From assembly GCA_964016885.1 (NCBI GenBank), contig OZ024752.1, positions 15,562,001 through 15,626,000 of the forward strand: a DNA stretch of 64,000 nt, in the 5' to 3' direction. The position numbers and the translations under genes were made by a program. The notes below the pieces were generated by a model that saw only the letters and a program-made list of their open reading frames with translations, searched no databases and was not told the origin of the DNA. Of the stretch, positions 25,571-38,940 are shown piece after piece; the first letter of the stretch is position 1, and every line of letters begins with the position of its first letter. The stretch comes from Eledone cirrhosa (lineage: Eukaryota).

Positions 25571-26055
25571 AGAGAGTGGGGGTACTATATATCTGATTAT
25601 CAAGTAAATATGTCAGAACATTTGTGGTTTCGATGTCAGAATTTAATCAAATGAAGTGATGAAAATGTATATTTCAAAGTTAATTTTATATCCATTTACG
25701 CGTGCCACTTTCTCAACTCATCATATCTTATTATATCTGTCCCCCTTACTACTGTCAGATGTCTGAAAATTGGAAATATCTCCGAATCTCATTAAGAGGG
25801 GGAAATAACTAGATTTTGTAACTCTTTCTTCCGGAAAATTATACTACATCCCTTTTTTTTAGTTTTTCCATGCTGTCAGAATTTCCGATTCCAGAGTCAG
25901 AATCGAACATTAATCGAGCTGATCGGCAGTGAAACATGTTATCTATTATTTTTATTATTATTGATACTCTGCTCCCCACGAGCATCGAGTGCTCATCTTG
26001 ATACGGACACAATTTTCACCTCAAATGTCTACCTCTCTCTCTTTCTATATATATA

Positions 26056-26095
<40 letters not shown>

Positions 26096-26097
<2 letters not shown>

Positions 26098-26261
26098 AAC
26101 GAGTAGGACCTCAACGGCTAATTCTGGACTAAATTAGCCGTCGAAACGGCTTGAGCTCAGCCGTCGGGGTCCTATTCGTTCCTATTATCCACTCTACTAC
26201 CCTAAGTATTGAGTACTTTGGTGCGTTATGGTCCATCTGGTTCCTTACCACATTTCCTTCG

Positions 26262-26262
<1 letters not shown>
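26096..26262 (+). mobile_element. PLE family A end with inverted 5' part
   Basis: ggaacgagtaggacctcaacggc pairs with gccgtcggggtcctattcgttcc. Flanked by (TA)n. Confidence 0.78.
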
Positions 26263-26315
<53 letters not shown>

Positions 26316-26844
26316 TATTTGATAATATACTATATGTTAAATTTAAATTAATAACATTTTGAAGTTCATTCGCAATGAATCTTTTTTTACCGAGAATAAG
26401 TGACATAGTCATTACTTTAAAATTCATAGCGAATGTTCTTCAAAATCTGTTTAATGAAGCATACAGAATATCATCTAATATTCTATACATACATTCATGT
26501 ACACATCGCTTTTTCAGAGCTCCAATCCTAATACCTAATGTTTGCTGGACCGGCAATCGCTAGTTTAATCAGCTCTTAAACATTACTGGAATTCTATGAG
26601 AATCCAGCTTCTATAATTCTCAGCAGAAGAGAAGTGGTAAGTAGTCTTGATAACCGCTACCAAGCGAGAAACGTGACTGTGAATTACTCCCCTTTGTTTT
26701 TGCCGAGAATAAGTAAGTGATATAGTCACTACTTTAAAGTTCATAGCGAATGGTCTTCAAAATGACGTTAACTAAACATACAGTATAGTATTAAATATAC
26801 TGTACATACATTCATATATACATCGCTATTTCAGAGCAACAATA

Positions 26845-26893
<49 letters not shown>

Positions 26894-26923
26894 AGATCAA
26901 AAGATGGTTAAAAGAGTGCCAAG

Positions 26924-26994
26924 TATTTTATTATGCGCATTTCAAAAGCAAATATCATCATGAGATGATATCTGCGTTTTCCTCAGATAAAATA
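26924..26994 (-). ncRNA. Type I hammerhead ribozyme, family C
   Basis: Reverse complement reads tattttat-CTGAGGA-stem II-GAAA-tgcgca-TA-ataaaata. Confidence 0.85.
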
Positions 26995-27104
26995 GGGATA
27001 CATGATATGAAGGTTAAAAAACACTTGTGAATAGTGAAGTTTTAAATCAACATACTATACTTCACTATTCACAAGTGTTTTTTAACCTTCATATCATGTA
27101 TCCT

Positions 27105-27175
27105 TATTTTATCTGATGAAAACGCAGATATCATCTCGTGATGATATTTGTTTTTGAAATGCCCATAATAAAATA
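27105..27175 (+). ncRNA. Type I hammerhead ribozyme, family C
   Basis: tattttat-CTGATGA-aaacgcagatatcatc/gatgatatttgtttt-GAAA-tgccca-TA-ataaaata. Confidence 0.85.
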
Positions 27176-27297
27176 CTTGGAACTCTTTTAAACATCTTTT
27201 GATCTTATATAATTTATACTCCAGTCCTACAAACTGTAGAGTGCTACTTATCCGATATTTGCATTGCTTTATTGTACTACAATAAAACTCACCTTCT

Positions 27298-27354
<57 letters not shown>

Positions 27355-28169
27355 GAGATAGATATTACGACAGAAAAAAATATGCGAGTAAAAGGGTCGA
27401 AAAACAGAACAAGCCATGCATTGTAGAGTGCTTAATAATGCTTATATCATAGTTTGTATATTGATTTATGAATATGCATACCTCATTGGAAGCAATTGAG
27501 CCACCATCGTGAATATTCAGGGACAGAGATGCACCGACTGGCTCAGATTTTCTATTGGGAGAAATACTGTGATGAGTTGACTGGTCTCATACTGTACCCC
27601 ACTAACCTGCAAAAGAATAAAGAATGAAACGTGAATATATATATATGTGTGTGTGTGTGTGTAAAACGTAAACAGAAGTAACCAGGCAAACGGCACAGTT
27701 CATTAAAGAAATATATTAGTTTAACGTTTGAAATAACAGGCAAAACGTTTTAACGTTACGGACACTACTTCTTCATCAGAAGATAGCGTTAGAAATAAAA
27801 TATAAAATGAGATAAACAGTAAGAAGGAATGGATAACAATTAGAAAAGAACACACCTATACTTATCCAGTTAGACATGTCTTAGATTATATATATATATA
27901 TCTCCTTATAATATATAACCAGCAATTTCTCTGTCTGTCTGTCCGACAGTGGAAACACGTGCGCGCGTGCGAATGTTTTTTTCGCACGCGTAGAGAGTGA
28001 AAGAAAGAGACATACTACGAGAGGGGGATAGCGGGAGGGAGAGCGAATAGACGCTAAAACACGGGCGCGCGTGCGAATGTTTTTTGCGCACGCGTAGAGA
28101 GAGAGTGAAAGAAAGAGACGGACTACAAGAGAGGGATAGCGGGAGGGAGAGAGAGGGAATTGAGGAGTG

Positions 28170-29040
28170 CTACAGAAACATATATACATTTCTGTGTGTG
28201 TGTAATATATATATACACACACAGAAATATATATATATACACACAGAAATATATATACATTTCTGTGTGTGTAATATATATATATATACACACACACAGA
28301 AATATATATACATTTCTGTTTGTGTAATATATATATATATACACACACACAGAAATGTATATATATTTCTGTGTGTATATATATATTACACACACAGAAA
28401 TGTATATATATATGCACACAGAAATATATATACTTCCCTTAGCTACTGTACTGTATCTGTTGCTATCTCTCTCTCTCTCTTCAGCTATCCCTCTCTTTTA
28501 GTCTGTCTGTTTCTCACACTCTCACTCTTTCTCTTTGTAACACACTAACATTCCACCCCTCTATCGCTATGACGAATGGGGAGATGGAGGAGGAGGAGGA
28601 GAGAGTCACTTCGTCACTTCACCTCTGCCTTTCTTTCTCTCCCCTCTCATTCCCTCATTACGTACATACATTAGGGCGGTGGATTGGCAGAATCTGTAGA
28701 GAGTCAGACACCATGGTTCATAGCATGGAGTTACGTCCCTTTACAGTCTGAGTTCAAATACCGCCGAGGTTAACTTTGCTTTTCATCCTCACGAGGTCGA
28801 TAAAATAAAGTACCAGTAATGTACTGGGTAATTGCTGGCCTTGTGCCAAAGTAGAAACAATTATTAGAAACATTGCTTCATTTTTACATATCTAAGCATT
28901 AGTAAAGTAATTAATAATTTCAAAAGTAATTTTTCAATTCCAATTGTTATGAACAGCAAAACATTAATAATAATTTTGTTCTAAGAAATATATATACATT
29001 TCTGTGTGTGTAATATATATATATATATATACAAACACAG

Positions 29041-29071
<31 letters not shown>

Positions 29072-29215
29072 CACACATAAATATATATACATTTCTCTGT
29101 GTGTAATATATATATATATATACACACAGAAATATATATACATTTCTGTGTGTGTAATATATATATATATATACACACACACAGAAATATATATACATTT
29201 TTGTGTGTGTAATAT
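28170..29215. repeat. Palindromic low-complexity satellite (acacagaaat..atttctgtgt) in two blocks
   Basis: Blocks at 28170-28430 and 28984-29215, separated by a SINE and unique DNA. Confidence 0.75.
28673..28862 (+). mobile_element. tRNA-derived SINE
   Basis: Full-length consensus match. Confidence 0.9.
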
Positions 29216-29388
29216 ATATATATATATAATAATAATAATATATATGTAGTAAGAAACACAGTAAATCATGTATCTAATATTACGAGGGTTGAAAGACCAC
29301 ATTTGTTTGAAATAGTTAACCATGAAGCAGACAGAATGATAAAATAAAATAAAATTATATTATACAAACCGCCTCAATACCAATTATA

Positions 29389-29468
29389 TCTCTCGGATAG
29401 ATTAGGGATAATCTATTTCGCTCTGAGTGTGTTTGTAACAGATAATCCTGGGCATCATCAGCGAGAGA
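29389..29468 (-). ncRNA. Type I hammerhead ribozyme, family E
   Basis: Reverse complement reads tctctcg-CTGATGA-stem II-GAAA-tagatta/tccc/taatcta-TC-cgagaga, with perfect 7-bp stems I and III. Confidence 0.88.
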
Positions 29469-29555
29469 ATCTGATTAAATGCGACAAACACCTAGTACCA
29501 ACGTTCACACAGAAAGATGAATTTATCACCTCGTGCGATAAACGATAAATGATAA

Positions 29556-30607
29556 ACGATAAACGGAAAAAATGAAACGAAATTTCATTTCCCACTCTTA
29601 GTACGGCTGTTACTTAAATATAAGTATGTACACGTACATACATATATGTATACAGACGTACAGCAGTATGTATATATATATACATACATGCACACATATA
29701 TATATGTACGTATAGATTCACCGAACATTTATTATAATGCTCGGTGTGTTTGTAAACAAACATCCCGTATTTAGCCCTAGTGTCTAGCAACCATCGTTGC
29801 TCGTTTGTTCAACACTGACAAAGGAACGCTGTACTAGTTTCAAGCTTATTAGCTATCGTCAGCAACGTATACCTACCTGCCAGATTGTTGAACGTATATA
29901 CTTACCTTATGCATATTAACGGCTGAGTAGCCCAATTTGAATATCGAGTGTGTTAATCGGCCGGGTGCACCGAAAACGATAAACGGAAAAAATGAAACGA
30001 AATTTCATTTCCCACTCTTAGTACGGCTGTTACTTAAATATAAGTATGTACACGTACATACATATATGTATACAGACGTACAGCAGTATGTATATATATA
30101 TACATACATGCACACATATATATATGTACGTATAGATTCACCGAACATTTATTATAATGCTCGGTGTGTTTGTAAACAAACATCCCGTATTTAGCCCTAG
30201 TGTCTAGCAACCATCGTTGCTCGTTTGTTCAACACTGACAAAGGAACGCTGTACTAGTTTCAAGCTTATTAGCTATCGTCAGCAACGTATACCTACCTGC
30301 CAGATTGTTGAACGTATATACTTACCTTATGCATATTAACGGCTGAGTAGCCCAATTTGCATATCGAGTGGGTTAATCGGCCGGGTGCACCGAAAACGAT
30401 AAACGGAAAAAATGAAACGAAATTTCATTTCCCACTCTTAGTACGGCTGCTACTTAAATATAAGTATGTACACGTACATACATATATGTATACAGACGTA
30501 CAGTAGTATGTATATATATATACATACATGCACACATATATATATGTACGTATGGATTTACCGAACATTTATTATAATGCTTGGTGTCTTTGTAAACAAA
30601 CATCCCG
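29556..30607. repeat. 420-bp tandem duplication, 2.5 copies
   Basis: Near-identical units start at ~29556, 29976 and 30396. An inverted 45-bp piece follows at 30608-30652. Confidence 0.95.
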
Positions 30608-30659
30608 AAGCCGTACTAAGAGTGGGAAATGAAATTTCGTTTCATTTTTTCCGCTCATG

Positions 30660-31420
30660 TCTCGTATCGATTTTGACACGGGGATATCGGTCTTTCCTGG
30701 TCCTGTGTAATTGTGTTGTACTATATTTGCGTTTGCAGGTTTGTTTGGAGATTTGTATTGTAGGGCTTGGAATTGCCAGCATTAAACTGCATGTTGTCTT
30801 CTTCCGCCCATTTGTATATGGCATCCAGATCTTGTTGTGAAAGGGCAGCGTCCATCGGATTTTTGATTACCTGAACTACCTTAGTGTCATCAGCATAGCT
30901 AGTGAGGGATGTTGTTGTATGTACTACAGAGGGCATGTCTGAGAGAGCCACCAAAAACAGTAGTGGTCCCAGGACTGTCCCTTGGGGCAGCCCACTTGTT
31001 ATTGATGTTTCCTTTGAGAGGGCCCCGTTTACTGCGACTGTCTGGCTTCTGTCCTTTAAGAAGTTATGCAGCCTCTCTCCTACTTTTCCAGTTATGCTGA
31101 GTTCGTGTAGTTTGTGACATATCATTTCCGTCTAAGGCCTTCGCAAAGTCAAGATATATCACGTCCACATGTGAGCTGTCTAGCAGTTGTTTATGTAACC
31201 AGTCGCAATGATGTAGCAGCTGTGTAAGGCAGCTTCTTCCTGGGCGGAAGCCATGCTGCGTGCTAGTGAGGCGGTCATTTTCCTCGAGGAAAGTGATCAG
31301 TTTCTTTGAGGAAAGTGATCAGTTTCTTTCTGACGACTCGCTCCATGACCTTACTGATATGCGACGTCAAGGAGACTGGCTTATAGTTTTTGGCTTCCGC
31401 TCTGCTACCTCCTTTATGGA
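30660..31420 (-). mobile_element. CR1/L2-group LINE RT relic
   Basis: QHGFRPGRSCLTQLL, DVIYLDFAKA, SGLPQGTVLGPLLFL, YADDTK and DNMQFN, frameshifted. Confidence 0.85.
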
Positions 31421-31432
31421 TAGGGCAATTAT

Positions 31433-31545
31433 AGTTATAATTATTAAAGAATTTATTGTTAAATAGTTTGAGTGCCTAAAGTAAGGCCGGTTGATACTTT
31501 AGGCACTCAAATTATTTAACAATAAATTCTTTAATAATTATAAAT
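31433..31545. repeat. ~50-bp near-perfect hairpin
   Basis: ttataattattaaagaatttattgttaaatagtttgagtgcctaaagta pairs with tactttaggcactcaaattatttaacaataaattctttaataattataa. Confidence 0.9.
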
Positions 31546-32201
31546 ATAATTATCTTATAAATTATATTAAAGAAACTGTTGTCAATATTGTAAGTGATTT
31601 TGCTAAAGATTACCCTCGTGAGGATATAAAACATTATATATATATATATTTTCTTTCTCGTGTTTCGTAAATCCTTTAAATTTGTTTTCATAAAATTTGA
31701 ATTTTAGCAATTAAACATAATTATATTATAATATTAATACAAATACCTATTAACTTTTATAACCTGAAATAACTTAAATTAAATATTTTGAAAATTAACC
31801 GCCAACTATTTTATTCTGGACACATATTGATTATATAGAAATCTGTGTGTATATAAACTTGAAAATAAATTACTCCCCTTTGTCTCTCTCTCTCTTTAAT
31901 CTTCTTTCATCTGTCTTCTCAAGCCACCTACTAAATATATTATCACATCAGCTGCTTTTTCCTCTGTGCTTTCCTTTCCCTCCTCTTTCTCCAGTAGTTT
32001 TTAAAAATTAAAATTTGTATAAGTGTTATATTGATGCCATGTTTTTCTTAAAATCTATTACACGCACCCTCTCTATTGTTTGTATTATGTTATCTCATGT
32101 TCTCAATATTAGGGTATAAATATTGAGTTTTGTCATAAGTTAATCACTACCTTGATTGAATCTTAACCATCTACTATGTCAGGATATATCATGTATCATT
32201 T

Positions 32202-32268
32202 TATTTTATATGATGAGGACGTACTGTTGAACTTAACTCAGTACCTCTGAAATATGTATAATAAAATA
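32202..32268 (+). ncRNA. Hammerhead ribozyme, family F (C3 mutated)
   Basis: tattttat-ATGATGA-gtactg/cagtac stem II-GAAA-tatgta-TA-ataaaata, at the end of a pyrimidine-rich PLE-like UTR. Confidence 0.7.
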
Positions 32269-32504
32269 TAATTGATCACAAGAATATCTATTTTGTTAAT
32301 AATTTGAATTAATATTAATAACTCTGGAAAACATTACTGTTGAGTGCTTCCAATCTATTGTAAAACGCATTCTTTCATGTATTCATTGAACCTTTTTTAA
32401 CTCTTAAATATATATATATATATATATATACACTCGCACGCGCACACACACACACATATATATACACACATATATACGTATGTATACATATACTCAACCC
32501 CCCC

Positions 32505-32570
<66 letters not shown>

Positions 32571-33110
32571 TTTGCTGTTCCCACCTGCAAAGTTATAATG
32601 AAAATATTTTGAAACTAAAATTACAGTCTTAAAGATGGTTTATTTACATACAGTTAATCAGTTCCTCAGTCAAATGGAAGGGTGCTGAGCTATCTTATAA
32701 CAGTCAGTTCTCTGAAGTGAGACAAGTGCATCTTTGATGTATTTTAGAAAACCTATATAATTCTTATAATTAAGGTATTCATAAAATTAATCCATTCACC
32801 ACTTAGTAAATCTAATTGAATTATTCACTTCATTACACAGTGTTAAGTTAAATATGTGTCACTATACAGCCGCAGTCTTATGACGGAAACTAGTAACAGA
32901 ATGAGTTCGAATGTTATCTAGATACACGATATGTCAAATTGCTTGAATGTCGCTAATCCTTACTTTTAACCAGTGTCGATGTTAAAATACACCAGCATGA
33001 TTTGTATGATATTTTCTCTAGTAGAGGGTCCAGTTTAACTCTGTATTCTCATCACAAAAGTATAATATCATTATGAAATACTTAGTGAATATCATTTCGT
33101 AAGAATTCCA

Positions 33111-33310
33111 CTATCGGTAGAGTGTCAGACACTATGCTTTATGGCATAGAGTTATGGCCCTTTACGTTCTGAGTTCAAATCCCGCTGAGGTTAACTTTGC
33201 CTTTCATCCTTACGGGGTCGATGAAATAAAGTACCAGTAATGCACTGGTTCGATTTAATTGACTTTCCCCTCTCCCCAAATTTCTGGCCGTGTGCCTATA
33301 ATAGAAATCA
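33111..33310 (+). mobile_element. SINE, long-tail variant
   Basis: Consensus plus an extra ttcgatttaattgactttcccctctcccc segment. Confidence 0.85.
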
Positions 33311-33617
33311 TTATATCGCAATATAAGAAAGATTTCAGGAACTTTAAATTCCCCGTTTTATTCTTCTTTCTGGATTCAACTTATGATAATATTCGACAAT
33401 CACTTATTACGTATACTATACAAATGTCTATCAATATACCAACTTCTAAATCTCAACACAGCCATTGTCAAATGTTAATCATATTTTGATATGTCATCTG
33501 CATTTTAGTTATAGCAGTACTGCTTCATTGTGCAATTTCTATTGTATCTTTACCAGTTCTGAAAAAGCTGTTAAATGGCCTAGACTTTATTACTTTATTA
33601 TTATATTTGTATGAAAT

Positions 33618-33670
<53 letters not shown>

Positions 33671-33683
33671 TTGTGTGTGTGTG

Positions 33684-33723
<40 letters not shown>

Positions 33724-33732
33724 ATAATAATA

Positions 33733-33984
33733 ATTGTTTCTACTTTTGGCACAAGGCCAGAAATTACCCAGTGCATAATAATAATATTATATATTAGGGC
33801 GGTGGATTGGCAGTATCGGTAGAGGGTCGGACGCCATGCTTTCCAGCATAGTTACGTCCCTTTACGATCTGAGTTCAAATCCCGCCGAGGTTGACTTTGC
33901 CTTTCATCCTTACGGGGTCGATAAAATAAAGTACCAGTAATGCACTGGGTAATTGCTGGCCTTGTGCCTAAAGTAGAAACAATT
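33733..33984 (+). mobile_element. SINE (33796-33984) preceded by an inverted copy of its tail (33733-33775)
   Basis: Direct comparison. Confidence 0.88.
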
Positions 33985-33997
33985 ATATATATATATA

Positions 33998-34594
33998 ACT
34001 AGCAGGGGTACCCGGCGTTGAACGGGATAAGGTATTGTGAAATATATAACCGCCTTGGCTAAGCTTAGTATTGCCACAACCACAGTTGGCAAAGAAGTAA
34101 GGGTCTGGTGATACGTAAGTAAGCAACACTGTGGCTTAAAACGTGAGGAAGAAGTTCGGTGGACTTACCAACTGTTTGGGGAATGAGTGTGAGATTTGTC
34201 TTGAGCAAGGGTGGCAGAATAACCGGAGGCAGCAGACAGCCAGACATACAGACATATATTATAAGGATGCGTTCTGGACGCAGAGCGAACTGTAGGAAGT
34301 GACGTAATGCAGACAGCCAGCCAGACATACAGACAGATATTATAAGGGCGCGACGTTATATGTATGTATCTATCTAAAAAGAGAAAGACTAAGAATTATA
34401 GAGAGAAATCGTTAAATCGCCTAATGCTGTCCCTAGGGCATTGAAGATTTGAATTTCTTTTGCTCAGAATACTCCCTGAAACATGAGTATTACATGTGTA
34501 AAGTTTAAATAAGTCGGTTGGGTGGTTCTCAAGTTTTAGGGATTCAAACTCACACAGACACACAGCCAGACATCCTCAGTTTTATATATATAGA
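33998..34594 (-). mobile_element. Non-autonomous Helitron-like element
   Basis: Terminus actagcaggggtacccggcgttgaacggg. The other end is homologous to 18983-19120. Confidence 0.75.
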
Positions 34595-34635
<41 letters not shown>

Positions 34636-34648
34636 GAAATATATATAT

Positions 34649-34705
<57 letters not shown>

Positions 34706-34741
34706 AAATAACATTATATATATATATAAAATACTATTATA

Positions 34742-34781
<40 letters not shown>

Positions 34782-34899
34782 TTATATATATATTATATAT
34801 ATATATAAAATACCATTATATATATCTTATATATATATTATATAAATATATATATATATATTATATATATATATAAAATACCATTATATATATCTTATA

Positions 34900-34931
<32 letters not shown>

Positions 34932-35177
34932 TATACATATATATAAAATATATTATACAATATATTATACACATATATATAACACTAGTGTGATACCTTT
35001 TCAACATATTGTATTCTAAGGTGCCCAGCATTTCCTCTCCTTTGAGCACATTACTTACAGGGAAAGGCGAGAGTCTATGCGTCCGTTAATGTATCGTGAT
35101 ATATATATATATATGGCCCAAGGCTCTGATACCATCAACACTATAAACACAGAGCTGGCATATCTAAGAACTGACTA

Positions 35178-35233
35178 ACTGCCTGATGATGTCATAGCCA
35201 TTCAATGGCTATCATCGAAATATATATAGCAGT
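35178..35233 (+). ncRNA. Type I hammerhead ribozyme, family G
   Basis: actgc-CTGATGA-tgtcatagccat/atggctatcat-CGAAA-tatata-TA-gcagt, in a ~165 bp insert (35115-35278) flanked by (TA)n. Confidence 0.9.
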
Positions 35234-35319
35234 AAATAAAGGATTATGAGTTCATGCAATTGACTTATGTTTCGTCACTATATATATATATATATATATC
35301 AAATATTATATATATCAAA

Positions 35320-35630
35320 TATTATATAAATATAAAATATTATATATATATATAAAATATTATATATATATATAAAATATTATATATATATATAAAATAT
35401 TATATATGTATATAAAATATTATATATGTATATAAAATATTATATATGTATATAAAATATGATATATGTATATCAAGTATGATATATGTATATAAAATAT
35501 TATATATATATATAAAATATTATATATATATATAAAATATTATATATATATATAAAATATTATATATGTATATAAAATATTATATATGTATATAAAATAA
35601 TATTATATATGCATATAAAATAATATTATA
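35320..35630. repeat. 20-bp AT minisatellite (tatataaaatattatatata)
   Basis: Direct reading. Confidence 0.9.
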
Positions 35631-36100
35631 TATATGTGATATATCTGCCATGGACTGGCATCCTGCCCTGGGTGGGTGTCTTTACTCTGTCGATTTAGAC
35701 CGGGATAACCACTGGCCAAATGAGCCTACTGGCTTAAGACAGACTTTAGACATTATATTTAAATATAATATATACATATATATAGTCATATACACATCAC
35801 ATATATATATATTTATATACACACACATATATTTATACATATATATATATAGGGTTTAGGATGGTGGTTAGGATGGAACAGGAGGAGAAAGGAAGAAAGG
35901 AGTTTCCATCGTCAGCTGTAAATGTATCCCGAACCGATGTTTCGGCCCTGAATTACAGGACATCGGTGTAGTTTGGGTGCGCCCGAGGCCTTTTATTAAT
36001 CAAAAGGCCAGATGGAAAAGGAAAGAGATATATATATATACGTACACGCACACACACATATATATATATACACACACACATATATATATATATATATTCG

Positions 36101-36132
<32 letters not shown>

Positions 36133-37450
36133 AAGATACCGAGACAAACACATATAATATACATATATAATAAATAGGAACAGGAGTTTCCATGACATAA
36201 AATATGTAGGATTTATATCACTTCTAGTATGCATAGATTACTTTGTATGTTATTGTTAACATATGCCAAGATTCCTACTCTCCCTATTATGAGTTACCAA
36301 TAGATAAAACTTTAAAAATGAGCATAAGTGTTTATGTATGTAAAGTATGTATTTCAATAGATTAATAGAGAAAAGTTTATAATTCTCTACAATTTCTTTA
36401 TTTGGAAAATTCACGAGCTTATCAGTATTGATAAACCAACAAAAATGCTGCATTTCTCATTGCGAGAATAGAAACAATACGGCTTAAGGAGATACGCGTA
36501 ATATGGAAATAACTCTGTTATCTATTATCGAACCTAAAGAAAATATACCATGTGCGGTTTAAAATTCCTATAAGTATACTTATAAGCCACGAAAGGAACA
36601 TTTTCCTTTTCCTGATTACGTTTACACAGAGTATTCATTTAAGTTATACGTGAATAATTAAAAGAAAATTAACATTTCATTTGAACAATCCCAAAACGAA
36701 CTAAATCTTTCTCTATTATAACACTATTGATATATTTTCAAGGAAACAATCTATTTCATTTGAATAATAATGATGTGATAATACTTAGTGAATTTGGTAG
36801 AATTTATCATTTGATTTTAAATAACTATTTCGTGGCGGTTTCTCGGAATGCGTTATGTTTGGCTATTGTGACACGAAACGGATTAAATTGTAGAGGAAAT
36901 GAAATCCTAATGGTTGTGTAAGATAAACTTTCTCAAATATAGAAAATAAACTCCTTCGTTTTGTCGATAGGCAAATACTTACTTTCATATAAACAAAATA
37001 TAGTGGACCCATTAGAAATAGTGAGCATGATTCCATCAAATAACTCTATGCCGTCTAAGAGTATTTCATTAAATAAAAGGATACGTTGTCTGTTACACAT
37101 TAGAGAAAAGAGACACCAAACTATTGAATATATTACCAAGAGAAAGGGGATAAAAAGGAATGGCGTTTGCATTATTTCCATTTGTCGAATGAAAGCAGCG
37201 AACAGCTTTCGATATTTGGTGAACACTGTTTCGAAAGAACCGAACGTAATCAGATCAACTCTACCACTTTGAAATCATATAATATGCATACATTTTTGTG
37301 TTGTTGTTTCTCACCAAAATTATGCACATTTTCTGGGTGTCAATTTTCTAAAGGTATTTCTAACTACCAAATACAAATGTTAAGTAGTTTTTGAAATATA
37401 TATGCACATTATAGATACCTGAGGGCTGGAATCCTTTGAAATATGATTGC

Positions 37451-38737
37451 ATCTGTACTTTATTGAATTCAATTGTACGAACAATTAACAACCCATCAGT
37501 ACTTTATTGAATTAAATTGTACGAACAATTAACAGCCTATCAGTACTTTATTGAATTCAATTGTACGAACAATTAACAACCCATCTGTAGTTTATTGAAT
37601 TCAATTGTGCGAACAATTAACAACCCATCTGTAGTTTATTGAATTCAATTGTACGAACAATTAACAACCCATCTGTAGTTTATTGAATTCAATTGTGCGA
37701 AAAATTAACAACCCATATGTAGTTTATTGAATTCAATTGTACGAACAATTAACAACCCATCTGTAGTTTATTGAATTCAATTGTACGAACAATTAACAAC
37801 CCATCAGTACTTTATTGAATTAAATTGTACGAACAATTAACAGCCTATCAGTACTTTATTGAATTCAATTGTACGAACAATTAACAACCCATCTGTAGTT
37901 TATTGAATTCAATTGTACGAACAATTAACAACCCATATATAGTTTATTGAATTCAATTGTACGAACAATTAACAACCCATATGTAGTTTATTGAATTCAA
38001 TTGTACGAACAATTAACAACCCATATGTAGTTTATTGAATTCAATTGTACGAACAATTAACAACCCATATATAGTTTATTGAATTCAATTGTGCGAACAA
38101 TTAACAACCCATATGTAGTTTATTGAATTCAATTGTGCGAACAATTAACAACCCATATATAGTTTATTGAATTCAATTGTACGAACAATTAACAACCCAT
38201 CTGTAGTTTATTGAATTCAATTGTACGAACAATTAACAACCCATATATAGTTTATTGAATTCAATTGTACGAACAATTAACAACCCATATGTAGTTTATT
38301 GAATTCAATTGTACGAACAATTAACAACCCATCTGTAGTTTATTGAATTCAATTGTACGAACAATTAACAACCCATCTGTAGTTTATTGAATTCAATTGT
38401 ACGAACAATTAACAACCCATATGTAGTTTATTGAATTCAATTGTACGAACAATTAACAACCCATATGTAGTTTATTGAATTCAATTGTGCGAACAATTAA
38501 CAACCCATATGTAGTTTATTGAATTCAATTGTACGAACAATTAACAACCCATCTGTAGTTTATTGAATTCAATTGTACGAACAATTAACAACCCATATGT
38601 AGTTTATTGAATTCAATTGTACGAACAATTAACAACCCATCTGTAGTTTATTGAATTCAATTGTGCGAACAATTAACAACCCATCTGTAGTTTATTGAAT
38701 TCAATTGAACGAACAATTAGCAGCTCATATGTAGTTT
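37451..38737. repeat. 44-bp minisatellite, ~29 units
   Basis: Unit gtagtttattgaattcaattgtacgaacaattaacaacccat(c/a)t. Confidence 0.97.
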
Positions 38738-38754
38738 TCTCCATTATTACGCTC

Positions 38755-38940
38755 TAGTGGATTGTTTGTATCGCTAGAGCGCCAGACACCATTTTTTGCA
38801 GCATAGAGTTATGGCCCTTTGCGTTCTGAGTTAAATTTCGCCGAGATTAACTTTGCCTTTGACCCTTACGCGGTCGATAAAATAAAACACCAGTAATACA
38901 CTGGGATAATTGCTGGCCTCGTGTCAAAAGGAGAAACAAT
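38755..38940 (+). mobile_element. Diverged SINE copy
   Basis: Consensus match. Confidence 0.85.

Larger units (their letters stand above)
26887..27297. mobile_element. PLE family C inverted pLTR pair
   Basis: 26887-27037 is the reverse complement of 27061-27210. (TA)n on both sides. Confidence 0.85.

Noticed and set aside
33796-33890. tRNA genes at SINE heads
   Set aside because: A and B boxes are present but there is no cloverleaf, and each continues into a SINE body.
37451-38737. CRISPR-like array
   Set aside because: The units are contiguous tandem repeats with no unique spacers and no cas genes, in a eukaryotic context. The same applies to 10285-11742.
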